Assembly (NCBI RefSeq): GCF_009914755.1
Contig: NC_060936.1
Reading direction: 5' to 3' (one strand)
DNA: 64,000 bases
DNA from: the human T2T-CHM13v2.0 reference genome, Homo sapiens
A program made the translations under genes and the position numbers. A model generated the notes under the pieces. It was not told where the DNA came from. It was given only the letters and a program-made list of their open reading frames with translations, and searched no databases. Of this stretch, positions 44,306 to 58,087 are shown one piece after another; the stretch's first letter is position 1, and every line of letters begins with the position of its first letter.

Positions 44306-44731
44306 AGGTATACTTTGGATATCTGTCTCCTCCAAATCTCATGTTGAAATTTGGTCCCCAGTGTTAGAGGTGGGGCCTGGTAGGAGGAGTTTGGGTCATG
44401 GGGCAGATTCTTCATGAAAGGCTTGGTGCTGTCCTCAAGGTAATGACTGACTTCTCACTCTATTAGTTCCTGTGAGCTCTGTTGTTAATAAGAGTCTGGT
44501 CACTCTTTCCCCTCTCTCTCTTTCCTCCTCTCTGCTTCCTGCTCTTGTCATGTGGCTGCTTCCCCTTCCCTTTCCACCATGATTGGAAGCTTTAAGCAGC
44601 CCTCATCAGAAACATGCCAGCTCCATGCTTCTTGTACAGCCTGAAGAACCATGAAACAAATAAACTTCTTTTCTTTATAAATTGCCCAGGCTCAGGTATT
44701 CCTTTATAGCAACTGAAAATAGACTAAAACA
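44306..44731 (+). mobile_element. MSTB/B1 solo LTR
   Basis: CTCCAAATCTCATGTTGAAAT...AATAAACTTCTTTTCTTTATAAATT...GACTAAAACA; TSD TTAGA. Confidence 0.88.
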
Positions 44732-45247
44732 TTAGAGTTATCAAGCAGGAAATACTAAATATGGGAAGACCACTAAAAGTGTTTGGTAGGAGCATAAAAC
44801 AAAAACAGCAAGGTTACAATTAGTGAAAGGCAGCAAATACAGTTACCCACAAAATGTTTGGATCGTAATGCCTGCAAAAATTAAAACCCAGTATTCAAAG
44901 ACAGAATATTGGGTATGATATAGCCTATAAGAAATTTTCCCTGTTAGAAATTTCTGAAACTAATGCTAGAGAATAGAAACTTTTTTGTTTTGGGTTGTTG
45001 GAACTGGTGGTCATTAGCTTTTTGCCTTGAGTAATGAAGAGGACGTGAAGTGGTGGTATTCCATTTTTAGTAAACTCAGTGTCCCAATTCTATTTCCTTT
45101 TTGTCTATAAGAACACCTCCTTAATCAACTTTCAGTTACTTATCTTATAACCCATCCATAAAATCCTCTTGGATCCTTATGGATAAGTGGGATTCTTCCT
45201 GGCTACACTCTAGAATCTTACGAGTTTTTAGAAATTTTACATCCAGG

Positions 45248-45633
<386 letters not shown>

Positions 45634-45639
45634 CTAGAA

Positions 45640-46061
45640 CAAGGATCAGAAAACTATGAACTGCAGACCAAATATGGTCCACCTTCTATTTTTGTCAGTA
45701 CAGTCACAGGTTGCTTAAGGACAGGGACACATTTGGAGAAATGAGTCGTTAGGTGATTTTTGTCATTGTGTGATCATAGAGTGTTCTTACACAGACATAG
45801 ATGGCATGGCCTACTACACACCTAGGCCATATGGCATAGCCTATTGCTCTTATCACTTTCATATTTGCAGTTCATTTGACCAAAACATGGTTATGGGTGC
45901 ATGACTGTAGTAAGGTTTTATTGGAACGCAGCCATGTATCATCACTGGCTGTTTTTACACTTCAAGGGTAAAGTTGAGTGATTGTGACCAAGAACTAATG
46001 GCTATTAATTCCTAAAATACTTACTCTCTGGTTCTCTCCATAAATAGTTTTCCAACCCTTG
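45640..46061. mobile_element. MER58A (hAT-Charlie) split by Tigger3
   Basis: TTTTATTGGAAC.CAGCCA...GTTGAGT...CCTAAAATA.TTACT; NTCTAG-type target flanks. Confidence 0.8.
45701..45907. mobile_element. Tigger3a/MER7A-like element, internally deleted
   Basis: CAGTCA...TGACTG termini, TA TSD, GCCTACTACACACCTAGGC core. Confidence 0.85.
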
Positions 46062-46224
46062 CTCTAGGTCATAGAATTATATATAGTTCATTAGAGTTTA
46101 TCAGAAAATACCTCAAGATAATCAATGTAATCCTCTCATTTTACAAATAAGAGAGGGGTTATGATTGACCCAAGGTCACATGGGAAGGTTATGACCTCCA
46201 GGCCAGGCATCTACTCATGACATC

Positions 46225-47280
<1,056 letters not shown>

Positions 47281-47529
47281 ACATACAATATATACTTGTA
47301 TTTCAACATTCATCAAGTCATCAAACATTTATGGAGCATGATCTCTGGGCCGTGCACTATGCCCAGAGGCAGAGAGTTACAGCAGCAACACAGAAAATAG
47401 CACCTGGCCTCAAATAACTCAGGTTAGTGGTCCCAGGGTCAAACAATAAAATCTATGACACAGAGTGAAAGTTGTAGTGTGCACAAGGTGCTGTGTGCAG
47501 GTGCTACTGAAAACAAACTGTGTGATTAA

Positions 47530-47740
47530 CTCACTAATTCTTCACAATATTCCTACCAAATGGATATTATTGAAATCTTATGGATTAGGAAGTGATACAC
47601 AGAGAGGTTAAGTAACTTACCCAAGATTGCATAGCCATGTACAGAGAGGTTAAGTAACTTACCCAAGGTTGCACAGCCATTAAATGGCAGAAACACTTGG
47701 ATCAGGATCAAGTTAGGGCTTTTAATCATGGCATTAAATT
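47530..47740 (-). mobile_element. MIR with 42-bp tandem duplication of its core
   Basis: ACAGAGAGGTTAAGTAACTTACCCAAG.TTGCA.AGCCAT twice (47599, 47641). Confidence 0.85.
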
Positions 47741-48889
47741 ATTTCTTATGTGTGGTGGTGTACGTAAGTAAAGGGACCCACAAAACACTCGTGCAACCCA
47801 GTTTTAGGGGTGGGAGGGTAGGGACAGGAACTCTTCTAGGAAGTATTGACAATGCAGCTGAAAGAAATAACGACCCTCAAATTCTAATACGTCTGAAGCA
47901 AGCTCTCCTGAGAATTCTGGTGGGCTAGGGTCAGGAACCTTCTCTTAAGGTACAGAAGAAGTGTAGGACGCTTGGGTTCTTTGACTAAAATGTTTAGGAC
48001 TTTCTTTCCCACTCATCTGTCCCAAATGACTTCCTTTTGAATAAGAATTACTGTCTCTTTCTGTGAGTGAGTGACAGGCTATCTCCTGGGTCCCCTTTTC
48101 TCTCTCTTAATAACAGCATGTTTGGATACTGATGCTAAGTGCAGAAGAGCTGGTGCTCCTAGGCTGGCAGTAATGAAAATATTTTTAAAAGGATGTCTGC
48201 TCCTCTATGTTTCCCTCAGTCTTGACTGCCTTCAAAGGCTGAGGAAGGTCACAAGAAGGCTCCTATAACTATAGTATGGTGTTGTCCAAAAAGGAAAAAG
48301 GAAAAAGGTAAGAGCTTTAACAATCTTTCCTCTCTTGCTGCTGTTGCCAAGATGCTGAACATCCTGCCACCCATCCTCTAACAGGTTTTTACAGGAGAGT
48401 GGCAGACTCCGCCCACTTCATGGTGAAGGTCAGGAAGTTAAAGGGTAAGGCAACAAGCTGGGGGCGTGAGGGAAAAGGAGGGAGGAGGATGTTTTGTGGA
48501 CAGGGCCCTGGAAGAAAGCAGAGGGTGTAAAGAAAGTTACACGGCAATTTCTGTGCTATTTAGCAACTATATATTGAGTCTAGGATTGTAGGGGCTGCAG
48601 ATACAAAGATGATTGGATGACTCTGACAGCTGCCACACCTTAAGTGACTCGCTGTCCATTGGAACTGCACAAGGTCTTGGGATCCCTGGGGAGGGGTCCA
48701 CTGGCCCATCCAGGAGGAGCCATGGAAGAGCAAGCATTCAGCTTGAAGAAAGGCTGAGAATTCACCCAACTGAACAAGGGAAAGGGCATTTTATGAATAG
48801 GGTACAGCATACTTAAAGGCACAAGAGCAAGACAGAGTGTGAACTGGGAGAAAATGATGAGGGAGATGGGAGGCAGAGTGCGTGTTGAG

Positions 48890-49680
48890 TGCAGTTATCA
48901 AGACTCTTTTGGTTGCAAGTGACAGAGACCCAACTCATGTTGGGTTGCATTTTTTAAAAATTAATTATTATTATTATTACTTTTGAGATGGAGTCTTGCT
49001 CTGTCGTCCAGGCTGGAGTGCAGCGGTGTGATCTCAGCTCACTGCAAGCTCTGCCTCCCAAGTTTAAGCAATTCTTTGCTTCAGCCTCCCAAGTAGCTGG
49101 GATTACAGGCGCACACCACCACACCCAGCTAATTTTTGTATTTTTAGTAGAGATGGGGGTTTCACCATCTTGGCCAGGCTAGTCTTGAACTCCTGACCTT
49201 GTGATCCACTCACCTTGGCCTCCCAAAGTGCTGGGATTACAGGTGTGAGCCACTGCGCCTGGCCGGGTTGCATTTTATTGAAAAGGATTAAATTATACTG
49301 GCTAGGTCTAGGACTCAAACAGTGCCCCTCATCTTTAATCTCTGTCTCTCCTTTCTTCTGAATTGGCCTTTCTCTCAGACAGAACTTCCTCAAGTGGGGA
49401 CAAAGAAGGCCTCCAACTCCCATCCTGGAAGCTAAGAAACCTAAGTGAAGGAAAACTGTTTCCCCAGTAGGCCACTGAGAGTCCCAGGTAGGGCTCATTG
49501 GCTTGCGCCCTTGTCTCTGAAATGATTCTAGGGCCCATGCACTGAGATGCTTTGATTGGCCAGGTCTAGAACTAGGGCCTTCCCTGCAGTCTGGGGGCGA
49601 GTCCACCCAAATGGAACCAGATATGTGAAGAGTAGGGGAGGACTATTACCCCTAAAGAAACCACGTGTTGTTACAAAAAG
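48890..49680 (-). mobile_element. Old MLT1 (J/K-like) LTR split by Alu
   Basis: TTGGTTGCAAGTGACAGAGACCCAACTCA...TGATTGGCCAGGTCT. Confidence 0.6.
48955..49264 (-). mobile_element. AluS (Sg-like)
   Basis: TSD GGGTTGCATTTT. Confidence 0.94.
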
Positions 49681-51164
49681 GGATTTCCCCTTTTCTCTCT
49701 GCTGAACCAGAGAGAAGAATCAAATGTCCATTATAACGAGGGGTTGGAAGATGAAATTGGAAAGTAATTTCAGGCTGCCTTGTGATCTGAGTTGAAAGCT
49801 GAAGAAACGTGGCTTTGGAGGGGAGAAACAAGATGTCCAAGGGTCAGAGAAATAGTTCTCTTGGTATTTTGCTGTATTAGGAAAATAAATAAACTGTTGA
49901 AGCAATTTAAGAAACCATATTTTTTTTCTTTTTGGAACAGAACTCTAGCTTGGCTCAGAGATATAATTTTTATTGTCTTCCCACTGTTTGAAGTACTGCA
50001 AGAACAGGAACATAAAACAGTGTTATTAAAATGAAATAGAAAGTTTTTATTTTTCCCGACATTCATAGAAGGGAGAAGACTTTGGGTGGATGGATGGATG
50101 AGGAGACTTGAGTATGAAGTTTAAAAGAGAAAGAGAGAGGGAAAAAACCCCACTTCTTCCTCCATCCATTCAGACCTATCGTCTTTGAAGGGGTGAAGGC
50201 GTGGGTGCACTGAGGTGGTGTTTTGCCTGTCTTTTGAATAGCCAGGATGGAACAGTCCGTGTGGGAGGTGGGAGAATGCCACTCCTTGGATAAGTTGGTC
50301 CTGGTCTTGGGTTTGTGTCAAGTTCCAGGAAAGTATTATTTCATTAAAGAAAAAAACAGGAAAGCAAGCCAGTGAGCCATTGGTTTGAAATATATTTGTG
50401 GGTCCTCTCGACACATCCCATCCTTCCTGCTCTGGATGGGAAGGGAGTGTAGAATCACTTTCTCTTGTGTAGCTGCATCTCAGGCATGAGAAAGTATGAA
50501 GGATGTCGGGTGCCCTGTGCCTGCTGATCAGTGCTGTATTTCACACAAGGCTGAAATAATCCTATCCTCGGTGTAAAAAGGGGACGCTGGAAAATGTCAT
50601 TTTCTCATTAGTCAACATCACAATTGCTTAATTCTGATGAATACTAATGAAAAGGGGAAGTTTTCACATAACCAATTTATCAGAAATTCAACTGCTTTAT
50701 CCCGCTAAGGATTTATAATACTTTGCCAATTTTTTTTCTTAGGGCCAATGTTTAGAGAGTTTCCTCAGTCCATTTCTCTCCCCAGAATTAATAATTCCAC
50801 CTACTATGACCTAAGATTTATTTTAAAAAGAGCGATGTTTTCTTCTGTCGTAAGTTTTCCTTGGCTCTGTGTCCACTGCTTGTGAATAGTGTGGCCTTCA
50901 TGGGGATAAGGTGGTTCTGTAAGTAGATCGTCAGTTGCTAGCATTTCAAACGGTTGAGTCCAAAGTCCACTCACTTCAAATAGCGGTTACTTCATTAAAA
51001 CTGCATATTTTTATTCATTTTGATAACACAATGTAGTGTTTAGTAAAAACCAGTCTACAATGAACTACTGTTATGCTAACTGAAGTACCCTTACCCTTTA
51101 AATATTATCAGGATGAGCATCTGATGTAATACTCAAAATTTCTATATCAGGGATTTAAAAAAAA

Positions 51165-51264
51165 TTTAAGTATTATGGACTCATAATACTTATATATTTA
51201 TGGAAGTACATGTGATGCTTTGATACAGGCATAAAAATAGGGTGGCTATAGTTAACAATAATTT
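51165..51264 (-). mobile_element. Short L1MA 3' fragment with probable 5' inversion
   Basis: Antisense ATTTATGG..GTACATGTGAT..TTTGATACA.GCATA, then sense TAGGGTG.CTATAGTTAACAATAATTT. Confidence 0.65.
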
Positions 51265-51526
51265 GTTTCAGAATTTTTTGGGGGGTCTGATATATTTAGT
51301 CTCCACCCACAGTTTTAGCAAACATTCCTGGATGAAATCTTTTTGGCTCAGCTTTGGTCACATGACCATCCCTGAACCAATCACCATGTTCAGGGAGATA
51401 GGGTGCTCTGATTGGCCAGTGAGACTCACTCCTGAGCTGGAGCCAGAGACTGGAGTCCAGGGCCACACTCAGCACAGAGGGGCTGCCAGTGTTGGGTGGT
51501 AACTGCGTCTGTCTCCAAAACTGCCC

Positions 51527-51821
51527 TTTTTTTTTTTTTTTTGAGACAGAGTCTTGCACAGTCACCCAGGCTGGAGTGCAGTGGCGTGATCTCGGCTCAC
51601 TGCAAACTCAGCCTCCTGGGTTCAAATGATTCTCCTGCCTCAGCCTCCTGAGTAGCTGGGATTACAGGTGCACACCACCACTCCCGGATAATTTTTGTAT
51701 TTTCCATAGAGACGGGGTTTCACCATGTTGGTCAGGCTGGTCTCAAACCCCTGACCTCATGATACACCCACCTCAGCCTCCCAAAGAGCTGAGATTACAG
51801 GCATAGCCACTGCGCCTGGCC
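51527..51821 (-). mobile_element. AluS
   Basis: Full dimer consensus. Confidence 0.94.
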
Positions 51822-51892
51822 AGATAGAGGTATTAGGAGGGCAATGAGCTAATGCTGCGGAATGAAATTCACAATCTTTTGACATGTCCTAC

Positions 51893-52718
51893 TGTTACCA
51901 AAACATCAGATGTTCAGTTTAGGTCCTGGTACTCACTGCACAGAAAGGCAATCACTGAGACCATGTGTATTGTCAGGAAAGAAGGCTTTATTCAGATGCT
52001 GCAGTGGAGGAGATGGGAGCTCAGTCTCAATTCCCTCTCCCTGACCAACTAAAATCAGGGGTTTATGTAGCAGGGAAGAGATGTAACCATATCTGGTAAA
52101 CAGGAATGAGAGAGGGGGAAGGAAGGGGAGTCGATCAACTGGAAGCAGGTGTGTGGTTAGACAGTCATGATGGGTGAGGGGTCTGGTGTGTCATTGTCCA
52201 AGTGCAGTAACCTGGTGAGTTTCACTGCCTTGATACTCCCTGGGAGGCCTGATGGTTGGTTTCCTGAGAAAGGAACTCAGATGAGACAAATGGAACTTTC
52301 TCAAGTTTCAAGACTGAGAGGATCAGTTTCTATCTTTATTCAAAGAAACCATTAGGCCGGGCACATCGGCTCAAGCCTGCAATCTCAGCACTTTGGGAGG
52401 CCTAGGCGGGTGAATTGCTTGAGGTCAGGAGTTTGAGACCAGCCTAACCAACATGGTGAAACGCTATTTCTACTAAAAATATAAAAATTAGCTGGGCGTG
52501 GTGGTGCGTGCCTCTGATCCCAGCTACTTGGGAGGCTGAGGCAAAGAATCACTTGAACCTGGGAGGTAGAAGTTGTAGTGAGCTGAGATCATGCCACTGC
52601 ACTCCATCCTGGGCAACAGAACAAGACTCTGTTTCAAAAAAAATTAAAATAAAACCCCAAACCAAAAAAACAAAGAAACCATTAAACACCAGTTCTATGG
52701 ACAGGTGGGTGGGTTTCA
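51893..52718 (-). mobile_element. ERV1-class solo LTR (MER66-like), copy 2, split by Alu
   Basis: TGTTACCAAAACA...GGTTTCA; reverse complement of copies 1 and 3; TSD CTAC/CTAT. Confidence 0.8.
52355..52672 (+). mobile_element. AluS inside LTR
   Basis: TSD AAGAAACCATTA. Confidence 0.94.
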
Positions 52719-53849
52719 CTATCTAGGGGTCAAGCAGCTCATTTTATAATCTCAGGAACCCTTGCCGCCTATTTCATGGTTCGCACTAAGAATTGACTAA
52801 AAAGGAACCCATGGTTATACCTTTTACACCCAGTGTCTCCGGGTGGCTTCTTCCATCCTCTCACACTCTCTCTCCTCGGAACTCCTAAGTCCTTTCCACA
52901 TGAGCCATGCCAGTCATGAGTATTATAGCTTCTGGAGCTTGTCTCCTTAGGGACTTTGGTATAACAGACCCCAATTTCTGTTTTTAATAGGGGTAGGTCA
53001 GTACAGGCAATTCCTTTCCTCAAACTCATTCTGGAGCCTGGAGAATTCTCAGGTATTCCATGAAGCTCAGAATCAAAGCTGGCCACCCCAGCTTTAGGAC
53101 CCACCTGGCAACTGACTTCTCCTCTGAGTAGAGCCCTCAGGTCCCCTGTCTCCATCAAGGCCTCAGGGGCTGCAGCACAGGGAGAACTTACAAGCTAACA
53201 ACAGCTCCATGCACGCGGCTGAAGGAAGCCGTGGGTAACAGTGGGGATGGCGATGTGTTGGAAGCAGCACAGCTTTCCTGCGGGAATGGGTGTCCAGTTG
53301 CAAGAAGGGACATTCTCCCGGGACAACTGGTCTTGCAGCTGTTGTGTCCACCTCTTTCTGTCGAACCCTTCTTGGAAGATGCTTCGTCCTAAAGCATTGT
53401 CCTTGTCATGGACAGCTGTGTGACTATGCTGGCCTCACTTCTTTCCCCTACAGCTCACAACCACTGTGCCCTGCCGATCTATTGCAGCAGCAGCACTTGA
53501 TGCCAGGCCGAAATGCTCATTTCCTGTCATTAGGGTCACTCAGGGACACTGTCAGGTAGGGACATGCCAGTCATGGAAAAGTCCTCTGGTTAAATAAGAC
53601 CTGCCTCTCCCATTTCTTCTTCAGCCTCTACAGTGTTGATGGCAATGTTCTGTCCACATATTTGACACCCAGTCCCTTAAAAAATATAGAATATGTGAGA
53701 CTGTGGGCCCATTTTCAGCATTATATCATGATTTAAAATAGTCTACCATTTGACTGACAAATGTAGAGGGAGAGACAAGGAAGCTATAATAGGTACCTAG
53801 ATGGGAGAGGGGCCTCTCTAATGCCTACTTGAAGTCATCATCGTCATCA

Positions 53850-54130
<281 letters not shown>

Positions 54131-55339
54131 TAAAAATCATTATGATTAATTATGGTAAGGCCCATAGGAGAGCAGTGGCTAATGTACAGACTGTTTCATA
54201 ATTTTGTCTTCAGGAGACCTCTACATTATTTCTGCTTTCTGAGAAGGACAATGAACCTGTGTCTATAGTTTTGCTCCAGCCCCCAGCCTACCTAGGCTGC
54301 TATGAAATTTGCAGCTACTGAGCTCCCTGTAGAAGATAATGTCCCATAGTACACAGCTATGCAGCATCTTATATTCCAGGGCCAGACTCACGGCAATTCT
54401 CGCAGCTCTGCTTGGCAACAAAACTAAACAAATGCACACCAGCATTATTTCTGCTAAAGTTCAAAGTATTGACATATTTTAGCATATTTTAGTCTCTGTC
54501 AAACCAGAGGGTCATTTTTCTCTTTGGAACATTAGAAACAAAGATGAACTTGAGCTATTTGGAGAGAATATTTAGATTTTTCTGTTAAATTTATTTCACC
54601 CCAAGGAGCACTTTCATGGTTCTATGAAAGTGCTTAGATTGATCTCTGAAAAGGAAGACACAGCATGTCTTAAATTTGACTGTTTTAAAACCAATTAAGT
54701 TCCCTGCTCTCAGCCAACAGTGCAACGGGGGAGCCTGAAAAAGCACACTTTGTTCCATTATGCGTGACTTAAGTGTGCAGGTGGATGCATGCAGTACCCT
54801 TTCAGAAAATGCAGACCCCCCAGAGAGTTGCAGCGAGTACCCCAAACATATAAACTCAGGGTCATTTGCGAGAGGATTATTAGAATTTTGATAGGTATTT
54901 TTACAAAGTAGGGAAGCCGTAAAGACTGAATCCCAAACACTCTGTTTGTGGATTTCTTTTCCTTTATTTTTTGTTTCTTTTTTAAAGGATATTTACTCTC
55001 TGAAGCAAAGCAGAGGCCATAAGAATGGACATTTGGGGACACAGAAATAGGATAGAAACTCAAAATAAAGTGGTGAGGAAAGGATCGATTGCTCAGGCAG
55101 AATTATCAGGATTTCCATTGAGATCAAGTAATGAAGAATGGTTGGGCAGGTTTCCCTCCTCTGACTCACACAGCATAGATGGTATCCAGGCTACTTTGCA
55201 GTCAGCTAAGAGTAATAGCTGTGATATACAATATTTTAACAAGAACAATGGCCACTGCAGTTTAGAGTCAGGAGAAAAAACCTTTCCGTAATAAACACTC
55301 TTGATGAGCTAAAGTCAATAGTGCGTTGAGATGCAGTCA

Positions 55340-56010
55340 CTTTGGAGGTGGAGCTGCTTTGGTCAGGATCTATGGAAGCTAAACCTACACTTACCTTATA
55401 ATCCAGTAATGACACTCCTAGGTATACACTCAAGAGAAATGAACATATATGTCCAGCACAAGACATGTGCATTTATCTCCATAGCAGATTTATTAATAAT
55501 AGCCCAGACTAGAAACAATGTGATGGAATATTATACAACTAAAATAATTGACTTAACTTGCATTTTTGAATGAGATAATTGGGACTGGATTTATCTTCTC
55601 ATCTGAAACAACAAGTAAAATAAAATGGACAAAAGTATGAAGCAATGTATTTTCAAAACATTGTACACCAGACAACACAACAGAGTGATCCCTGCGAGGC
55701 AGAAACAAACATGAAACCTACAGTTGCACTCTAAGTGCTTTGAGAGAGTTTTCAGGACAGATGCAGGATGAAGCCTAAGATTCCCTGGCTGGAGGAGGTG
55801 GAGCTGAAAGTCCCAGGAGACTAGGTAGCTGGAGTTTGTAACACTAGGTGCCCATGAGAGGAGAGCTGAGAGACGGAAGCTGGGAGATCTGCAGGCGCTT
55901 CCCTTGGAGTGCTCCTCAGTGCATGCCTGTGGACAACTCAAGAGGGCTGAGGGTAAGAACCACCCCAAAGCTTAAGGAGCAATGCCTGCTACTCACAGCG
56001 GGCCTCCCCA
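55340..56010 (+). mobile_element. Old L1M fragments (3' piece, then 5'-region piece)
   Basis: ACTCCTAGGTATA..CTCAAGAGAAATGAA (3'); CAGAGTGATCCCTG.GAG, GGTGGAGCTGA.AGTCC (5'). Confidence 0.55.
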
Positions 56011-57031
56011 CCTAGATCGCTCTGCACTTTGTTTTTTCTCAGATCCTTCCAGTTGCAGAGTCCAGCCCTCCCAGATTACACTGGAAACTGACTTAAGCAG
56101 ACACATATTCAAGATTTAGGTAGTTGACTGTATTTTATTGAATTGTGTAGAGTTTCTCATTTTTAGCTTGGTTTTCTTCGCCTCCTCCATTTCTACCTCT
56201 GAGCTCCAACCTTAGAGATGCTCCCCTCCCACCACCCCAGGCATTCTAAATTCTCTAGTTATCCTCTCCTCCAGAAGGAAGCTTTGCCATTAGATATCCG
56301 TCCTACACCAAGCTGTTCATTAATGTAATCCTTTCACATGGAATCCCATATACACCACACTCAGTTCCCCTATTATTAACATCTTGCTGTAGTATGGTAT
56401 ACTTATTACAATTAATGAACCAATATTGACACATTGTTATCAAGTCCAGAATTTGTTCCAATTTTCTAGGTTTTCACCTGATGTCCCTTTCCCAGTCCAT
56501 GATCCCATTTTAGATGTTACGTGGCACGTGCTTAGGTCTCCTTAGGTTCCACTTGTCTATGGCAGTTCTCCAGCTTTCCTTATTTTTGATGACTTTGACA
56601 GTTTGAGGAATTCTTCAAAAAGGTATTTTGTAGGATGCCAACCCCCTTACTGCTGAAATTCGTCTGATGTTTTTCTCATGATTACATGAGGGGGGATGAT
56701 GGTGTTTTGGAAGAGAGACCATAGATACTGACTTTGATTACCTGGGTGAGGTAGTGTTTGCCAGGTTTTCTCCACTGTAAAGTTACTCTTTTTTCTCCTG
56801 CTTTCACTCGTTGAAGGCAGAATATCCATGCAAATTATTTGGGATTCTTGTTGCATGGAAGATTTGTCCCTTCTCCCTCATTTATGAATTTATTCAATCA
56901 TTTATTTCTATCAGTATAAACTCATAAACATTTATTATCAGCATTTCTCCAAAGAATCTTGGCTCCTATTATTGGAGAATGACATTAGAAACCAAAATCT
57001 GACTAGGCGTGCTCATTGCTACTGGGTAACA

Positions 57032-57189
57032 TTTTTTATTTTTATTTTTTAGAGACAGGGTCTTGCTATGTTGCCAGGGCTAGAGTGCAGTGGCCATTAA
57101 CAGATGTGACCATAGTGTACTACAGACTGAAACTCCTGGGCTCAAGTGATCTACCAACATCAATACAGGAATGCACCACTGTGCCTGCT
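57032..57189 (-). mobile_element. FAM (fossil Alu monomer)
   Basis: GAGTGCAGTGGC.ATT.ACAG.TG.GA.CATAG.G.ACTACAG, the 7SL-derived FAM segment. Confidence 0.8.
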
Positions 57190-57195
57190 TTAAAA

Positions 57196-57200
<5 letters not shown>

Positions 57201-57259
<59 letters not shown>
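57201..57259. repeat. (TA)29 microsatellite
   Basis: Pure TA run. Confidence 0.97.
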
Positions 57260-57262
<3 letters not shown>

Positions 57263-58087
57263 TCATTTATTTTAGGCCCTTTTAGCTAACTGAGCAAGGA
57301 AATATATGTGTGTATACTAACCCATGCATATACATGTATCTATAGCTATTTCCATATGTAGTCATCTCTGTTAAGGTAAACAAATTCATGTTGATGTTCC
57401 CAACTCTAATTCATTATCACATGGATAGTTCTAGGTTCCTCTTGGTTACCTATAAATGTCTACTCCAATCGCAAGAAATATACATCCCACCATGCACCAT
57501 CCATTTACTGAATAATGGAGTTCAATCCTACATGGGTGCTATTTCATTTTATTTTATTGTGAAATAATTTTAGACTCACCTAAAAGTAAAAATAGCCCTG
57601 AGAGTTCCTGGGTACACTTCCCTCTGCTTCCTCCAGTGATAACATCTTACATCACCATAATACAATTATCAAAACAAACCAGAAAATTAATGTTGGTACA
57701 ACACTACTAACTTATTCAGATTTTACCAGTTTTTACATGCATTTATTGTTTTTTTTTTTTTTGGTGAATAGTTGTAGGAAATTTTATCACCCGTATAGAT
57801 TCACTTAACCACTGCCCCCAAACAGGAAACAAAAATATCCCATCCTCCTAAAAAAAACCCCCTTACGCTACCTCCTCACAGTTTCATCTTCTCCCCAGCT
57901 CTGCCTCCTACGCTTCATCATGATAACTTGTTCATTTACATGAGATGGTACATGACCTCTCAATTGCTTTTCTTCATTCACCATCATACTCTTGTGATCC
58001 ATTCAATTTGTTTATCAATAGTTCATTTCTTTTTCTTGCTAAGTGAGTATTCCACCCTCAGGATGTACCACAGCTTACTTGTCCTTT

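Noticed and set aside
49103-49606. Longest ORF (167 aa)
   Set aside because: Runs through an MLT1 remnant and an Alu; no domain features
50654-50665. NF-kB-like GGGGAAGTTTTC
   Set aside because: Lacks the terminal CC of GGGRNNYYCC; single weak motif
52769-53158. 129-aa ORF in apparently unique DNA
   Set aside because: No recognisable family or motif; length within chance expectation
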